In this document: one piece after another, positions 54,918 to 64,000 of the stretch | Layout of the letters: every line of letters starts with the position of its first letter | Position numbering within the stretch: position 1 is the stretch's first letter | Origin: Akkermansia sp. | GTDB taxonomy: Bacteria; Verrucomicrobiota; Verrucomicrobiia; Verrucomicrobiales; Akkermansiaceae | Assembly: GCA_044433085.1 (NCBI GenBank) | Contig: JAWXTZ010000001.1 | Location: 53,918-117,917, forward strand | Length of the DNA stretch: 64,000 nucleotides | Direction of reading: 5' to 3' | Made by a program: the position numbers and the translations under genes | Notes under the pieces: model-generated | Told to the model about the DNA's origin: nothing | Databases searched by the model: none | The model's input: only the letters and a program-made list of their open reading frames with translations

Positions 54918-56999
54918 TTACTTAAGAATCATCTTGAAGTCAACCACAACAGCGCGGTCAGCTGTCACGAGGACAGGGTTACCGTCGATGGAGGTGATTT
55001 CTGGGATGTCGGTAACGAGTTGTTGTACCTTGGCAAGGGTGTCTGCCAATGCGCCAACAGCCTTGGGCTCTTGACCACGTACACCGTTGAGGATGGTGCC
55101 AACCTTCGTTTCCTTAATCATAGCATCAAAGTCATTAGTAGGCAGGATGCGCATGGCGGTGTCGCGCATGACTTCGGTGTAAACACCACCTGTACCAAAG
55201 ACCATCACGCGACCAAAGTTGTCATCGGAGTTGACGCCAATGATGGTTTCGGTAGCACCGGTGATCATTTCTTGAATCAAGACGGAAGCGCCCTTGAGGG
55301 AGAACTTCTCGATGGACTGCCAGAGGCTGTTCCATGCGGAGGTGAAGCTGTGCTCGTCGTTGATGTTGAGGTAGATGCCCTTCATCTCTGTCTTGTGCAA
55401 TGCATCAGGGGCAGAGAGCTTGAGAACGAGCGGCTTGGGGAAGATGCCCTTGCAGAATTCCAAAGCGCTTTCCTTGTCGGTGAAGTTGCCGCACTTAGGA
55501 TAGTCCAAACCGTAGTGGTCCATGAGGGCGTTGACGGTGTCTTGTGGAAGGGATGCCAGACCTGCGTCCTTGGCTGCGGTGATTTGGCTCTTGATGGCAG
55601 CTGGTACTTCCTTCGCTTCGAGGGTGAGGAGTTCCTTGCCACGGTAGGCCATTTGTGCCTTGAGCAGACCGAGCAGACGTACGCAGTCTGTTGGGTACTC
55701 GTAAGTGAGCATGTGGTTGTCGTTGAGGAGTGTGCATGCTTCAACAACGCTGTGACCGCCTTGGAAGACGCTGAAGATGTTGATGTTCTTGTATTGCTTA
55801 GCCATCTTGATGATGGCTTCGGCTGTGCCCATGCTGTCGGTGACGCGTTGTGGGGTAAGCAGAACGATGATGTTCTTGTATTCACCGCTTTCGCAGAGGA
55901 CACGAAGGGCGTTTTCGTAGCGGTCAGCACCAGCATCACCAACAACGTCGATTGGGTTGCCGAGGGCTGCTTCTGCGGTCAGAACTTCTGCGAGCTTAGC
56001 GCGTGTTTCGTCAGATGGACGAGCGAGGTCAAGACCTGCATCTTCGCAAAGGTCGGAGGTGAGAACACCTACGCCACCAGCATTGGTGAGGACGGCGAGC
56101 TTGCCATCAAATTCATTGTGGCTGCAATATTGAAGGACTTCCAAGAGGCTGAAGAGTTCACGACCGTTGTAGGCTTGGATGGCGCCTGCACCTTGCAGGG
56201 CGATTTCGAGCACGCGGTAGTTAGGTGCCAAGGAGCCTGTGTGAGACAGGGAAGCGGCTTGAGCCTTGGAGCTCTTACCAGGTTCCATGATGACGCATGG
56301 CTTGGTGTTGGATACTTCCTTAATGACGGAGAGGAATTCTTTACCATTCTTGAGGGATTCAAGGTAGAAGACGAAGGCTGTTGTGTTGGGGTCGTCCTTC
56401 ATGGCGTTGAGAAGCTTGTCTTCGCCCATGACGGCTTTGTTGCCGATGGAGATGAAGTGGGAGAAGCCGATGCCCTTACCAGCTGCCCAGTCCATCATGG
56501 CAGAGCAGTAAGCACCAGATTGGGAGATGAAGGCAACATTACCTTGAGCAGGTGTGCCGTCAGCAAAGGTGGCGTTAAGCTTGGCATAGGTGTTGATGTG
56601 GCCCATGCAGTTTGGTCCCAGTACGTTGATGCCAGCATCCATGCACTTGTTGGCGATGCGTTCTTCAAGTTCCTTTTCACCTACTTCACCAAAACCAGCG
56701 GTGATGATGGAGATGTTCTTGACCTTGAGGTTGACGCAGGAGTCAATGACGGGTTCCGTGAAGCGTGCGGGAACGAGGATGACGACCAAATCCAATGCCT
56801 TGGGGACATCTTCGAGCTTAGCAAAGCAATCCTTACCCATCAGCTTTTGACCACCAAGCTTCGGGTTGATGCCGAAGAGGTCACCTTCGAAACCTGCTTC
56901 GATGATGTTGTTGAAAACGACGGCACCCAGTTTGGATGGGCTATCGGATACGCCGACGACGGCGATACTCTTCGGACTGAAAAATGATTCCAAGGACAT
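54918..56999 (-). CDS. Acetate-CoA ligase (ADP-forming), fused alpha/beta
   Basis: PKSIAVVG, GPNCMG, ISQSGA, SHTGSLA (phospho-His), NAGGVG, NPIDVVGDA, HKTE, FGTGG. Confidence 0.92.
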   Translation of the reverse strand: MSLESFFSPKSIAVVGVSDSPSKLGAVVFNNIIEAGFEGDLFGINPKLGGQKLMGKDCFAKLEDVPKALDLVVILVPARFTEPVIDSCVNLKVKNISIITAGFGEVGEKELEERIANKCMDAGINVLGPNCMGHINTYAKLNATFADGTPAQGNVAFISQSGAYCSAMMDWAAGKGIGFSHFISIGNKAVMGEDKLLNAMKDDPNTTAFVFYLESLKNGKEFLSVIKEVSNTKPCVIMEPGKSSKAQAASLSHTGSLAPNYRVLEIALQGAGAIQAYNGRELFSLLEVLQYCSHNEFDGKLAVLTNAGGVGVLTSDLCEDAGLDLARPSDETRAKLAEVLTAEAALGNPIDVVGDAGADRYENALRVLCESGEYKNIIVLLTPQRVTDSMGTAEAIIKMAKQYKNINIFSVFQGGHSVVEACTLLNDNHMLTYEYPTDCVRLLGLLKAQMAYRGKELLTLEAKEVPAAIKSQITAAKDAGLASLPQDTVNALMDHYGLDYPKCGNFTDKESALEFCKGIFPKPLVLKLSAPDALHKTEMKGIYLNINDEHSFTSAWNSLWQSIEKFSLKGASVLIQEMITGATETIIGVNSDDNFGRVMVFGTGGVYTEVMRDTAMRILPTNDFDAMIKETKVGTILNGVRGQEPKAVGALADTLAKVQQLVTDIPEITSIDGNPVLVTADRAVVVDFKMILK

Positions 57000-57154
57000 G
57001 ATTTTAGTGTTGGTAAATGCTGACGCAAGCCATCCGTTTTAGGTGGCTTGAAGTAGAAGGATTCTAGCACCAGAAATTTATAGATGCAAGTATCTTTTGT
57101 GTTTTTTTGGCACAAAAAGAACGATTTTTATTTTTCGTGATTTTTTCGCCTGAT

Positions 57155-57601
57155 TTAGGTGAAATCACCTGGGTAAAAAGGGGTGAGTTCGCCTTGTTCC
57201 TCTAACCAATTATTTAGGATTTCGACCGCTGCTGCTTGGTCGATGATGGGTTTGAAGTTTTTAGCTTTTTTCCCCGCTTGATGCAGTTTTTCCTGCGCCT
57301 TGGTCGTGGTTAAAAATTCATCGACATAGACGAGGGGGATGTGGGGGATGTGGGCGGCAAGCTTGCAGCCGAAGGCCTCGACCTTCTCGCAGGCACTGCC
57401 CTTGGTGCCGTCGAGACGCAGGGGGAGCCCGAGCACGAGGGTGCGGATGCCGCGCTCTTGCACCAGTTGGGCGATGCGCTCAAGCGGTTCGGTCTTGGCA
57501 AGGTGGATGCTTTCGACGGGGTGCGCGAGGATGCCCATGGGGTCTGTCGCAGCAATGCCGATGCGCGCCATGCCAAAATCGATACCGAGTGCGGGGTGCA
57601 T
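57155..57601 (-). CDS. ruvX: Holliday junction resolvase-like / pre-16S rRNA nuclease YqgF
   Basis: LGIDFG..RIGIA.TD, LGLP, VDE.LTT, IDQAAA.EIL. Confidence 0.95.
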   Translation of the reverse strand: MHPALGIDFGMARIGIAATDPMGILAHPVESIHLAKTEPLERIAQLVQERGIRTLVLGLPLRLDGTKGSACEKVEAFGCKLAAHIPHIPLVYVDEFLTTTKAQEKLHQAGKKAKNFKPIIDQAAAVEILNNWLEEQGELTPFYPGDFT

Positions 57602-57612
57602 GTCTTCGTTTT

Positions 57613-58677
57613 TTAGGTGAGTTCTGGTGGTAGCATATCGACAATCTTCTTGATGTCGTCTGCTCTGTCCTTGCGGGCGATGAGGATGGCATCCTCTGTA
57701 TCGACGATGATGAGGTCGTCTACCCCGAGTAGGGCGATGCGCTTGCCTTGGGTGGTGTAGGCGATGTTGCCGCTGGCATCAATGCTGCTTGTGCTGCTGT
57801 TGCAGGCGTTGTTGTTTTCATCTTGTGGCATGTACTTGCTCAAGGAAATCCATGAGCCGACGTCGTCCCAGTCAAAGTTAGCCTCAAAATTGAGGACGTT
57901 TTGTGTTTTTTCCATCAGGGCAAAGTCGATGGAAATGGGGGTCAGTTTGGGGAATTCGTCAAGGATGAAGGCGGGCGTGTCGTTATTCTCCGTCAGGCGG
58001 GTGATGAAGTCGGCAAGCTGTGGTGTGTGCTCGCTGAGTTCTTTGCGGACGTGCTCGACATTCCAAATGAATATGCCTGCATTCCATGTGAAGTTTCCTT
58101 GATTCAAGTATTCCTGAGCCTTCTCACTGCTGGGTTTTTCACGGAAGCGTTGTACCTTGTGGCAGTTGAATTGTAGTCCCTTGTCGTCGAGTCGCTCACC
58201 GCATTCCACGTAGCCATAGCTGGGGCAGGGCCATGTGGGTTTGATGCCGATGGTGATGAGGGCTGGTTCTTGGCTGGCCAAATCAAGGGCTTCGCTGGCG
58301 AGGGATTTGAAGGCGCAGTCATCGAGGATGAGCGAATCGCTGGGCACAATAATCATATTGGCCTTGGGGTCGCGTTTGGCGATAAGGGCAATGCCGAGGG
58401 CAACAGCTGGTGCGGTGTCACGGCGAGCTGGCTCTGCGATGATGTTTTCCGCTGGGATTTGGGGGGCTTGCAGGCGTACCTCATCCAGCTGAATTTGATT
58501 GGTGAGGATGATGATGCGCTCTTGTGGGATGAAGGAGCTGATGCGTGCGATGGCTTGTTGAAGCATGCTGCCCTTGGCATCAAAGGTCAACAGTTGCTTG
58601 GGCTTGCTGTTGCGAGAGAGTGGCCAAAAGCGGGTGCCGCTGCCGCCTGCGAGAATGAGCGCGTAGTGATGAGACAT
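57613..58677 (-). CDS. manC: Mannose-1-phosphate guanylyltransferase
   Basis: LAGGSGTRFWPLSR..KPKQ, EPARRDTAPA, YGY, FREKP, WNAGIF, SIDFA, WDDVGSW. Confidence 0.95.
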   Translation of the reverse strand: MSHHYALILAGGSGTRFWPLSRNSKPKQLLTFDAKGSMLQQAIARISSFIPQERIIILTNQIQLDEVRLQAPQIPAENIIAEPARRDTAPAVALGIALIAKRDPKANMIIVPSDSLILDDCAFKSLASEALDLASQEPALITIGIKPTWPCPSYGYVECGERLDDKGLQFNCHKVQRFREKPSSEKAQEYLNQGNFTWNAGIFIWNVEHVRKELSEHTPQLADFITRLTENNDTPAFILDEFPKLTPISIDFALMEKTQNVLNFEANFDWDDVGSWISLSKYMPQDENNNACNSSTSSIDASGNIAYTTQGKRIALLGVDDLIIVDTEDAILIARKDRADDIKKIVDMLPPELT

Positions 58678-58756
58678 ATGTTTCAGTTAGTAGAGCTTAG
58701 GATAAAAAAAGAGCTGTGCACTAGTTTGTGACAGCTCGAAGGGAGATTTGTTGTGT

Positions 58757-59149
58757 TTACTTGTCAACGCTTGGGTTGCGGTGCCAATGGATGACGCCCT
58801 TGGCAACGGCATAGAGGTAGGCGATGAAGAGCACACCGAGGAAGGCCGCCATGGAGGCGAAAGCCTCTGGGTTGTGCATGACCAAAGATTTGAATTCAAC
58901 CGCCCATGGGTAGAGGAAGATGACTTCCAAGTCGAAGATGAGGAAGAGAATGGCCACCAAGTAGAATTTGATGGAGAAATAGCGTGGAGCCCCATCGGTT
59001 TCGGGCACGACACCACATTCATAGGGAATGCTTGCTGCTTCGCGACTTTTGGCACGACGACCAAAGAGGACACTCAGGACAATAATCATACCGGCGAAGC
59101 CAAAACCTGCGATGGCTTGCAAGAGAGCTGGGAAATATTCTAATTGCAT
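58757..59149 (-). CDS. nuoA: NADH-quinone oxidoreductase subunit A
   Basis: PYECG, KFYLVAILFLIFDLEVIFLYPWA, KG.I.W. Confidence 0.96.
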   Translation of the reverse strand: MQLEYFPALLQAIAGFGFAGMIIVLSVLFGRRAKSREAASIPYECGVVPETDGAPRYFSIKFYLVAILFLIFDLEVIFLYPWAVEFKSLVMHNPEAFASMAAFLGVLFIAYLYAVAKGVIHWHRNPSVDK

Positions 59150-59245
59150 GGGATTAACGAGGGTTTTATAGCAGGCTTAAGGCACTGTGTCAATCACAAA
59201 TTTGGAATGCTGCTCATTTTGCAGCTTGTCCAAGGTGCGCAGATT

Positions 59246-60130
59246 TTACGACATCAAGGCTTGCCCCGCGGTGTCTGATTCTGCCCAGAGCCCCAGTTCG
59301 GTCATGAAGTGTTGCCAGCTGATTTGCATTTGCTCAAAGGCCGTGGGGTTGACGTGGAAGTTCATCAAGGTGTGGTCAATGGTGGGGTGAACGAACAAAT
59401 CGGCTTTGTTGCCCGCGTGTTTCCACTCATGGCAGAACCAGTCGCTCGTCTCGACGTCTTGCAGTAAGTCTTGTGCCCCGTGGGCGATGAAGATGGGGGG
59501 CAGCTTGTCGCTGAGCCTGTTGATGGGGTTGATGGATTCGTAGTCGCGCATTTCTTCAAGGATGTTGAGGACTTGCGATTCTGGCGTGCTGACATCAATG
59601 ACGGCTCGGAAGATGGCGAGTGCCGCAGGGACGTTGGGTTGGAAGTAGTCTTGATGAAAGGGTCTCCACCATCTTTTTTTAGGTTTCATGGGCATGCCCG
59701 CATGTAGTGCCATCAAGGCACCGACATCAGCACCTGCAAGTGTGATGTTGGTTGGGTCAATCCCCAAGACGGAGGCATTGCGCGAAATCCATTGCCACAT
59801 GTCTTGGGCATCCTGTAGCATGTCTTGGGCGTGGACTTCGTATTTCTCGCGCGTGCGGTATTCGGGGATGAGGCAGGCGACACCGATGCTGTTGAGTTGC
59901 AGTGCCCATGCAATCAAGTCGATGATGTTGTCGGTCATCCACATGCCGCCATGAAAGAAGACGACGCAGGGAATGTCCTGTGCCTCGTGGTGTCCGTGGG
60001 GGAAGAAGAGGTGAAGCTTGAGGTTGTGCCCATCGCTAAAGTTTTTCCACACGATGGCTGGGCGCGATTGCAGGATTTCCCTGTATCGTTTTTGCGCTTC
60101 TGTCAGTTTGGTGCGGGCTGTTTTTGGCAT
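59246..60130 (-). CDS. Alpha/beta hydrolase (HSL-like) with a non-canonical nucleophile elbow
   Basis: FFHGGMW, EYR, LGIDP.NI.LAGADVG, PPIFIAHG.QD, DH; start MPKTART. Confidence 0.8.
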   Translation of the reverse strand: MPKTARTKLTEAQKRYREILQSRPAIVWKNFSDGHNLKLHLFFPHGHHEAQDIPCVVFFHGGMWMTDNIIDLIAWALQLNSIGVACLIPEYRTREKYEVHAQDMLQDAQDMWQWISRNASVLGIDPTNITLAGADVGALMALHAGMPMKPKKRWWRPFHQDYFQPNVPAALAIFRAVIDVSTPESQVLNILEEMRDYESINPINRLSDKLPPIFIAHGAQDLLQDVETSDWFCHEWKHAGNKADLFVHPTIDHTLMNFHVNPTAFEQMQISWQHFMTELGLWAESDTAGQALMS

Positions 60131-60195
60131 GCTTACGCTCTCTAGTATGCATTTTTCTTGATAGGAAAGCAAGTCTGTTGTACTCTAGTACAAGA

Positions 60196-61215
60196 ATGAA
60201 GCCCCACTACTTAAGTTTTTTTACTCTCCTCGCTCTGGCACCTGTTACTCTGGCTCAAGAATCCCCTGCGGATTCGCCTGCAAGCACCACCGTGCAGAAG
60301 CCTGATGGTGGGCTTTTGGTCCCCAATCAACAAGCCGCTCAAGAGATTGGTGAACGTATCTATAATACGTGGCGCTTGAGCATGATTCGTGGCAATAAAA
60401 CGGCTTGGGAGGGCGCCACGGCGCGGTCTCGCCAAGTCAAGGTGCGCAATCTCATCGTCTCCCAACGCGGGAATTTTGAGCGCGATTTCTTCCGTGACCA
60501 GATTGATAATCTGCCCATGTTGGAGAATTTTAAGTACGTTGGTGCCTTGGCTGCCAGTGGCGGCAAAACTTTAGCCTTGACCTATTTTGGTCGCTTGCAG
60601 CTTGGGGATGATGGCAAACCAACCCCATGCGCCTTCGTGCTGCATTTTGTCATGGAGGGCAAGAATTGGAAGTTTGACCAAAGTAGCTTCTTCACATTGC
60701 AGTCCCTGCCCAAGGTGGCCGAGCGATTGGGGAAGAAGGATACATCTGTCCTCAAGGAGCAAGATGGTTTTTACCCCTATGCCAAGGTTCCAACGGTGCC
60801 CATGCTTTGCCCACCACCCCAGCTGATCGGGAAAATTTTTGTGGATTGCCCCGGCCGTGAGGTGAAGCTTAAAATTAATGGTCTTTCACAGCATGAGTTT
60901 TACAGCGAACGCCGAGCCGATGTGGTTTCCGGTGGCTTGCGTCGTGGTACCAATACCATTAGTTACCACTTTGCCGATGTGCCTAGGGATGAAAAAACAT
61001 CCCTAGCCATTGGTGTTTTTGTCATTCCTGAAACGGAGGGCAACAGCCCCGCTACCGTTTTTGAATATATCTTGGATGCGGACGATGTCGCGGAAAATGG
61101 TACCTTTAGCTTTGTGGTGAGCAATGATAGCATCGCTGCGATGAACCCAGCGTTCAAAGGGGCGAAGCCAGAGCCATTCCGCCCCAAACCCCTCAAAGAA
61201 AAACCAGCGAAATAA
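60196..61215 (+). CDS. Secreted hypothetical protein
   Basis: Signal peptide MKPHYLSFFTLLALAPVTLA; promoter TTGATA-17-TACTCT 9 nt upstream. Confidence 0.7.
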   Translation: MKPHYLSFFTLLALAPVTLAQESPADSPASTTVQKPDGGLLVPNQQAAQEIGERIYNTWRLSMIRGNKTAWEGATARSRQVKVRNLIVSQRGNFERDFFRDQIDNLPMLENFKYVGALAASGGKTLALTYFGRLQLGDDGKPTPCAFVLHFVMEGKNWKFDQSSFFTLQSLPKVAERLGKKDTSVLKEQDGFYPYAKVPTVPMLCPPPQLIGKIFVDCPGREVKLKINGLSQHEFYSERRADVVSGGLRRGTNTISYHFADVPRDEKTSLAIGVFVIPETEGNSPATVFEYILDADDVAENGTFSFVVSNDSIAAMNPAFKGAKPEPFRPKPLKEKPAK

Positions 61216-61278
61216 TTCGCTGGTTTTGAAGGGGTGAATCTTTGCCGTTTCTCCTTGGATTCCTGAAGGGGTGTTTTT

Positions 61279-62379
61279 TTACAGCCCCCAGAGTGAGCCT
61301 TTGTCGCCGAAGGAGACGCCTGTCTCTCTAGCGGTTTCAACAAGTTGGTGCTTGCTGTCAACCAAGTGCAGGGTCTTGACGGCTTCTTCAATTGGAATGG
61401 CGGCCATGTGGGTGCGGTCAAGGGCGACGGTATAGCCGAATTTGCCCTCTTCGATGAGTTTGATGGCATGCGCACCACAGCGGACACCGAGGATGCGGTC
61501 GAAGGGAATAGGGCTGCCACCACGTTGTGTGTGACCTAAGACACAGTAGCGCGTTTCAATGCCTGTGACGGTTTCCAATTTGGTGGAGAGGAAGGCTGCG
61601 ATGCCGCCTAAGCGAACTTCACCCTTGGTTTCTTCATCCAAAATGACCAACTCGCCACCCAGTTTGGCGCCTTCGCTGACAACGATGATGATTTCTCGTT
61701 TGCCCAAGGCTTTAAGCAGTTCGACCTTTTGGACGATTTCTTCGAGCGTGAATTCAATTTCTGGCAACAGAATGACATCAGCACCACCAGCAACACCACC
61801 GTAAAGGGCAATCCAGCCCGCGTGGCGTCCCATGACTTCCACCACCATCATGCGTTGGTGGGAGTAGGCAGTTGTGCGCAGACGGTCAAGGTTTTGGCTG
61901 ACGATGTTGACTGCTGTCATGAATCCGAAGGTGTAGTCGGTTGCGCCCAAGTCATTGTCGATGGTCTTGGGGACACCCACGATGGGGAGACCAATCTGGG
62001 AAAGCTCCAAACCGATGGTTTGGGAGCCGTCGCCACCCACAACGATAAGGGCGGAGAGATTGAGGCGCTCGACGGTTGCCTTGCTTTTCTCAAGGACCTT
62101 GGGGTCAATTTCCATGCGACCACCGACTCCGCTCTTGACGGTGAAGTTGCCTTTGTTAACGGTGCCGAGGATGGTGCCACCCATGGAGCGGATGTTGAGA
62201 CAGTTCTCGCGAGTGAGAAGCTTGTAGCGTTTGTCTTCCTCTGTGGAAAGAAGACCTTCGAAGCCGTCATAGAAGCCGTAAACTGTCCAGCCACGTGATG
62301 CGGCAGCACCGACGGCTCCTTCGATAACAGCATTGAGTCCGGGGCAGTCACCGCCGGCGTTGAGAATACCAATGTTCAT
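61279..62379 (-). CDS. pfkA: 6-phosphofructokinase
   Basis: GGDCPGLNA, GGTILG, GGDGS, PKTIDND, EVMGRHAG, LGHTQRGG. Confidence 0.96.
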   Translation of the reverse strand: MNIGILNAGGDCPGLNAVIEGAVGAAASRGWTVYGFYDGFEGLLSTEEDKRYKLLTRENCLNIRSMGGTILGTVNKGNFTVKSGVGGRMEIDPKVLEKSKATVERLNLSALIVVGGDGSQTIGLELSQIGLPIVGVPKTIDNDLGATDYTFGFMTAVNIVSQNLDRLRTTAYSHQRMMVVEVMGRHAGWIALYGGVAGGADVILLPEIEFTLEEIVQKVELLKALGKREIIIVVSEGAKLGGELVILDEETKGEVRLGGIAAFLSTKLETVTGIETRYCVLGHTQRGGSPIPFDRILGVRCGAHAIKLIEEGKFGYTVALDRTHMAAIPIEEAVKTLHLVDSKHQLVETARETGVSFGDKGSLWGL

Positions 62380-63374
62380 AATGATTTGGGTAAGATAATG
62401 AATTTGTTGAGTTCGGAAGTGTCATAGGTGGCGCGCCAGTTCTCCCAGACTGACCAGCCGTTTTTCATGAAGTCGTTTGCCGCCCTGTAGCGGACTTGGT
62501 CGCCCATGCCTAAGATGACGATGACCATGTTTTGAGGGTAGGTAAGTTCCTTACCCGTCTTGGGATCGGGTCGCTTGATGGAGGGGCGTCGCACTGAGGC
62601 GACAAGGCATCCACCAGATTCGGCCGAGCGCGTGGCTTTGAGTCCATCAACATCGTGATTTTGAGCAAGGAGCTTGTTTTGATTGCTCACGCGCACCGTG
62701 CGAACCGCGCCTGTGCGTTGAACGATGGTGCAGTTGGCTGCTTCTTGCGAGGTGATGAGCTGGATGGCTGGCTTTTGTTGCACATACATGCTCAGCAGAG
62801 CTAAATCACGCGCGGTGGAGCGAGATGCGGTCGCTCCGTGCGCTGCTTCAAAGTAGGTGTTATGCATGCCAAGTCGCGCAGCCAGTTGGTTCATTTGGAC
62901 AACAAATCCACCGATGGGGTTGCTGTGCTTGATGTCCATACCACAGCGATAGGCCAAGGTGATGGCACTGGCACTATCATCCCAAAGCAGGGCAGAGTAC
63001 AGGGCATCGCGAACCGAGATTTGGTCACCCACTTGAAGTTTTAGCAGGTTGGTTCCAGTCTGATTCCATTGCAAGGCCTCTGCGGGTACCGTCATCATGC
63101 TGCACATGTCGATGTTGCGACTCACGGCCCAGTCGGCAATGACCGCGGCTGTTGCCAGATTGGTCAACATGCCAATTTTGCGACGGCTGTTGGCGTTGAA
63201 GGCGTAGATGACGCGACCCGTGTTGCTTTCAAGGGCGATGTAACTGGGCTTTGATGGCGCCTGTTTGGTGTTGTCAAAGTAGTTGCGCAAACGCGTTGTG
63301 CTGCTGCAAGAGCTCAGGCAAGCAAGTGCGAGGACACTTGAGACCAGGCTCACGATGAGGGGGCTGTGCTTCAT
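62376..63374 (-). CDS. Peptidase S11 (DacA-like) lipoprotein lacking catalytic motifs
   Basis: S11 fold cues (FV..MN..A.RLGM.NT.F, STARDLA) but MLTN/WDD/KAT replace SxxK/SxN/KTG. Confidence 0.75.
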   Translation of the reverse strand: MKHSPLIVSLVSSVLALACLSSCSSTTRLRNYFDNTKQAPSKPSYIALESNTGRVIYAFNANSRRKIGMLTNLATAAVIADWAVSRNIDMCSMMTVPAEALQWNQTGTNLLKLQVGDQISVRDALYSALLWDDSASAITLAYRCGMDIKHSNPIGGFVVQMNQLAARLGMHNTYFEAAHGATASRSTARDLALLSMYVQQKPAIQLITSQEAANCTIVQRTGAVRTVRVSNQNKLLAQNHDVDGLKATRSAESGGCLVASVRRPSIKRPDPKTGKELTYPQNMVIVILGMGDQVRYRAANDFMKNGWSVWENWRATYDTSELNKFIILPKSL

Positions 63375-63401
63375 TGATGAGGGTGGATGAGGTTGCGACT
63401 G

Positions 63402-63998
63402 TTAGCCTATGGCTTCTTCGTCGCCGAAGATGATGCCCAGTTCACGGGCGGTGCGGACAATTTGACTTTCGGGCAGCACGTGGCGTGCTTCTTCAATGGC
63501 TTGTTCAATGGTGACGTTGTCAACCATATGTCCTTTGAGGGTAAGGGTAGTACCAAAGTTTTTTTGCTCAATCAGCTTGACGGCGGCAACGCCAAAGCGC
63601 AAGCCGAGAATGCGGTCAAAGGCACAGGGACTACCACCGCGTTGGGTGTGACCCAGTACGCAGTAGCGGGTTTCGATGCCAGTCTTTTCTTCCAAGAGTC
63701 GGGAGAGCTGGTTGCCGATGCCACCGAGGCGTTCTTCACCATTGTCGCGGTTGCGAACGGTGACGAGTTTACCGTTGAGGCGAGCCCCTTCGGCGACGAC
63801 GATGACGATTTCGCGCTGACCATTGGCCTTGCGCTCTTTAATTTGTCGAACAACGTTGTCTAAGTTGAATTTGATTTCGGGGATGAGGACGACGTCCGCA
63901 GCCGAGGAGATGCCGCTGTGCAGGGCAATCCATCCCGATTGGTCACCCATGACCTCCACCACCATCATGCGTTGGTGGGCGTTGGCTGTGGTGCGAAT
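63402..63998 (-). CDS. pfkA: Second 6-phosphofructokinase paralog (5' part outside the window)
   Basis: IRTTANAHQRMMVVEVMGDQSGWIAL...ETRYCVLGHTQRGGSP..FDRILG; reading frame open to the window edge. Confidence 0.85.
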   Translation of the reverse strand: MRTTANAHQRMMVVEVMGDQSGWIALHSGISSAADVVLIPEIKFNLDNVVRQIKERKANGQREIVIVVAEGARLNGKLVTVRNRDNGEERLGGIGNQLSRLLEEKTGIETRYCVLGHTQRGGSPCAFDRILGLRFGVAAVKLIEQKNFGTTLTLKGHMVDNVTIEQAIEEARHVLPESQIVRTARELGIIFGDEEAIG

Positions 63999-64000
63999 CA

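Noticed and set aside
54906-56987. 693-aa ORF on the + strand
   Set aside because: Exact antisense shadow of the acetate-CoA ligase; biased codon usage removes antisense stops; no recognisable motifs

Overview
Chromosomal window from an Akkermansia-like member of the Verrucomicrobiota. This is inferred from the Verru_Chthon-type minor pilins, the LpxL-GT9 fusion, the long LepB and the lone nuoA. Both flanks are mostly housekeeping genes (lptF/G, hisH, hisB, dacA, dprA, nadC, alr, rmuC, uppP, lepB, RND pump, nadB, ADP-forming acetate-CoA ligase, yqgF, manC, nuoA, two pfkA). The centre (about 25.5-44.7 kb) is a large metal/iron island. It carries an ArsR regulator with a Cys/His-rich permease, CcsBA, an imelysin - three-CxxCH DHOR - Rid/FkbO-like operon, a CeuBCDE/YclNOPQ-type siderophore ABC transporter, an MFS transporter, feoA-feoB-small Cys-rich protein, an OprB-like porin and flavodoxin. 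Four promoters in the island, plus the feoA-feoB junction, carry a shared GTTAG-N6-CTAAC palindrome, a probable DtxR-family operator. FeoB contains an apparently circularly permuted DUF805 module. Other oddities are a Nudix fused to a degenerate PPK2, a HAD-FolB fusion, a tandem double MFP, several pseudoenzymes and an orphan phage-tail-fibre-like gene. Repeats include two copies of a heptamer-rich terminal-inverted-repeat element, a 120-nt palindromic element and an 11-bp VNTR in the pilin/uppP promoter region. No rRNA, tRNA, CRISPR array, integrase or transposase was seen.
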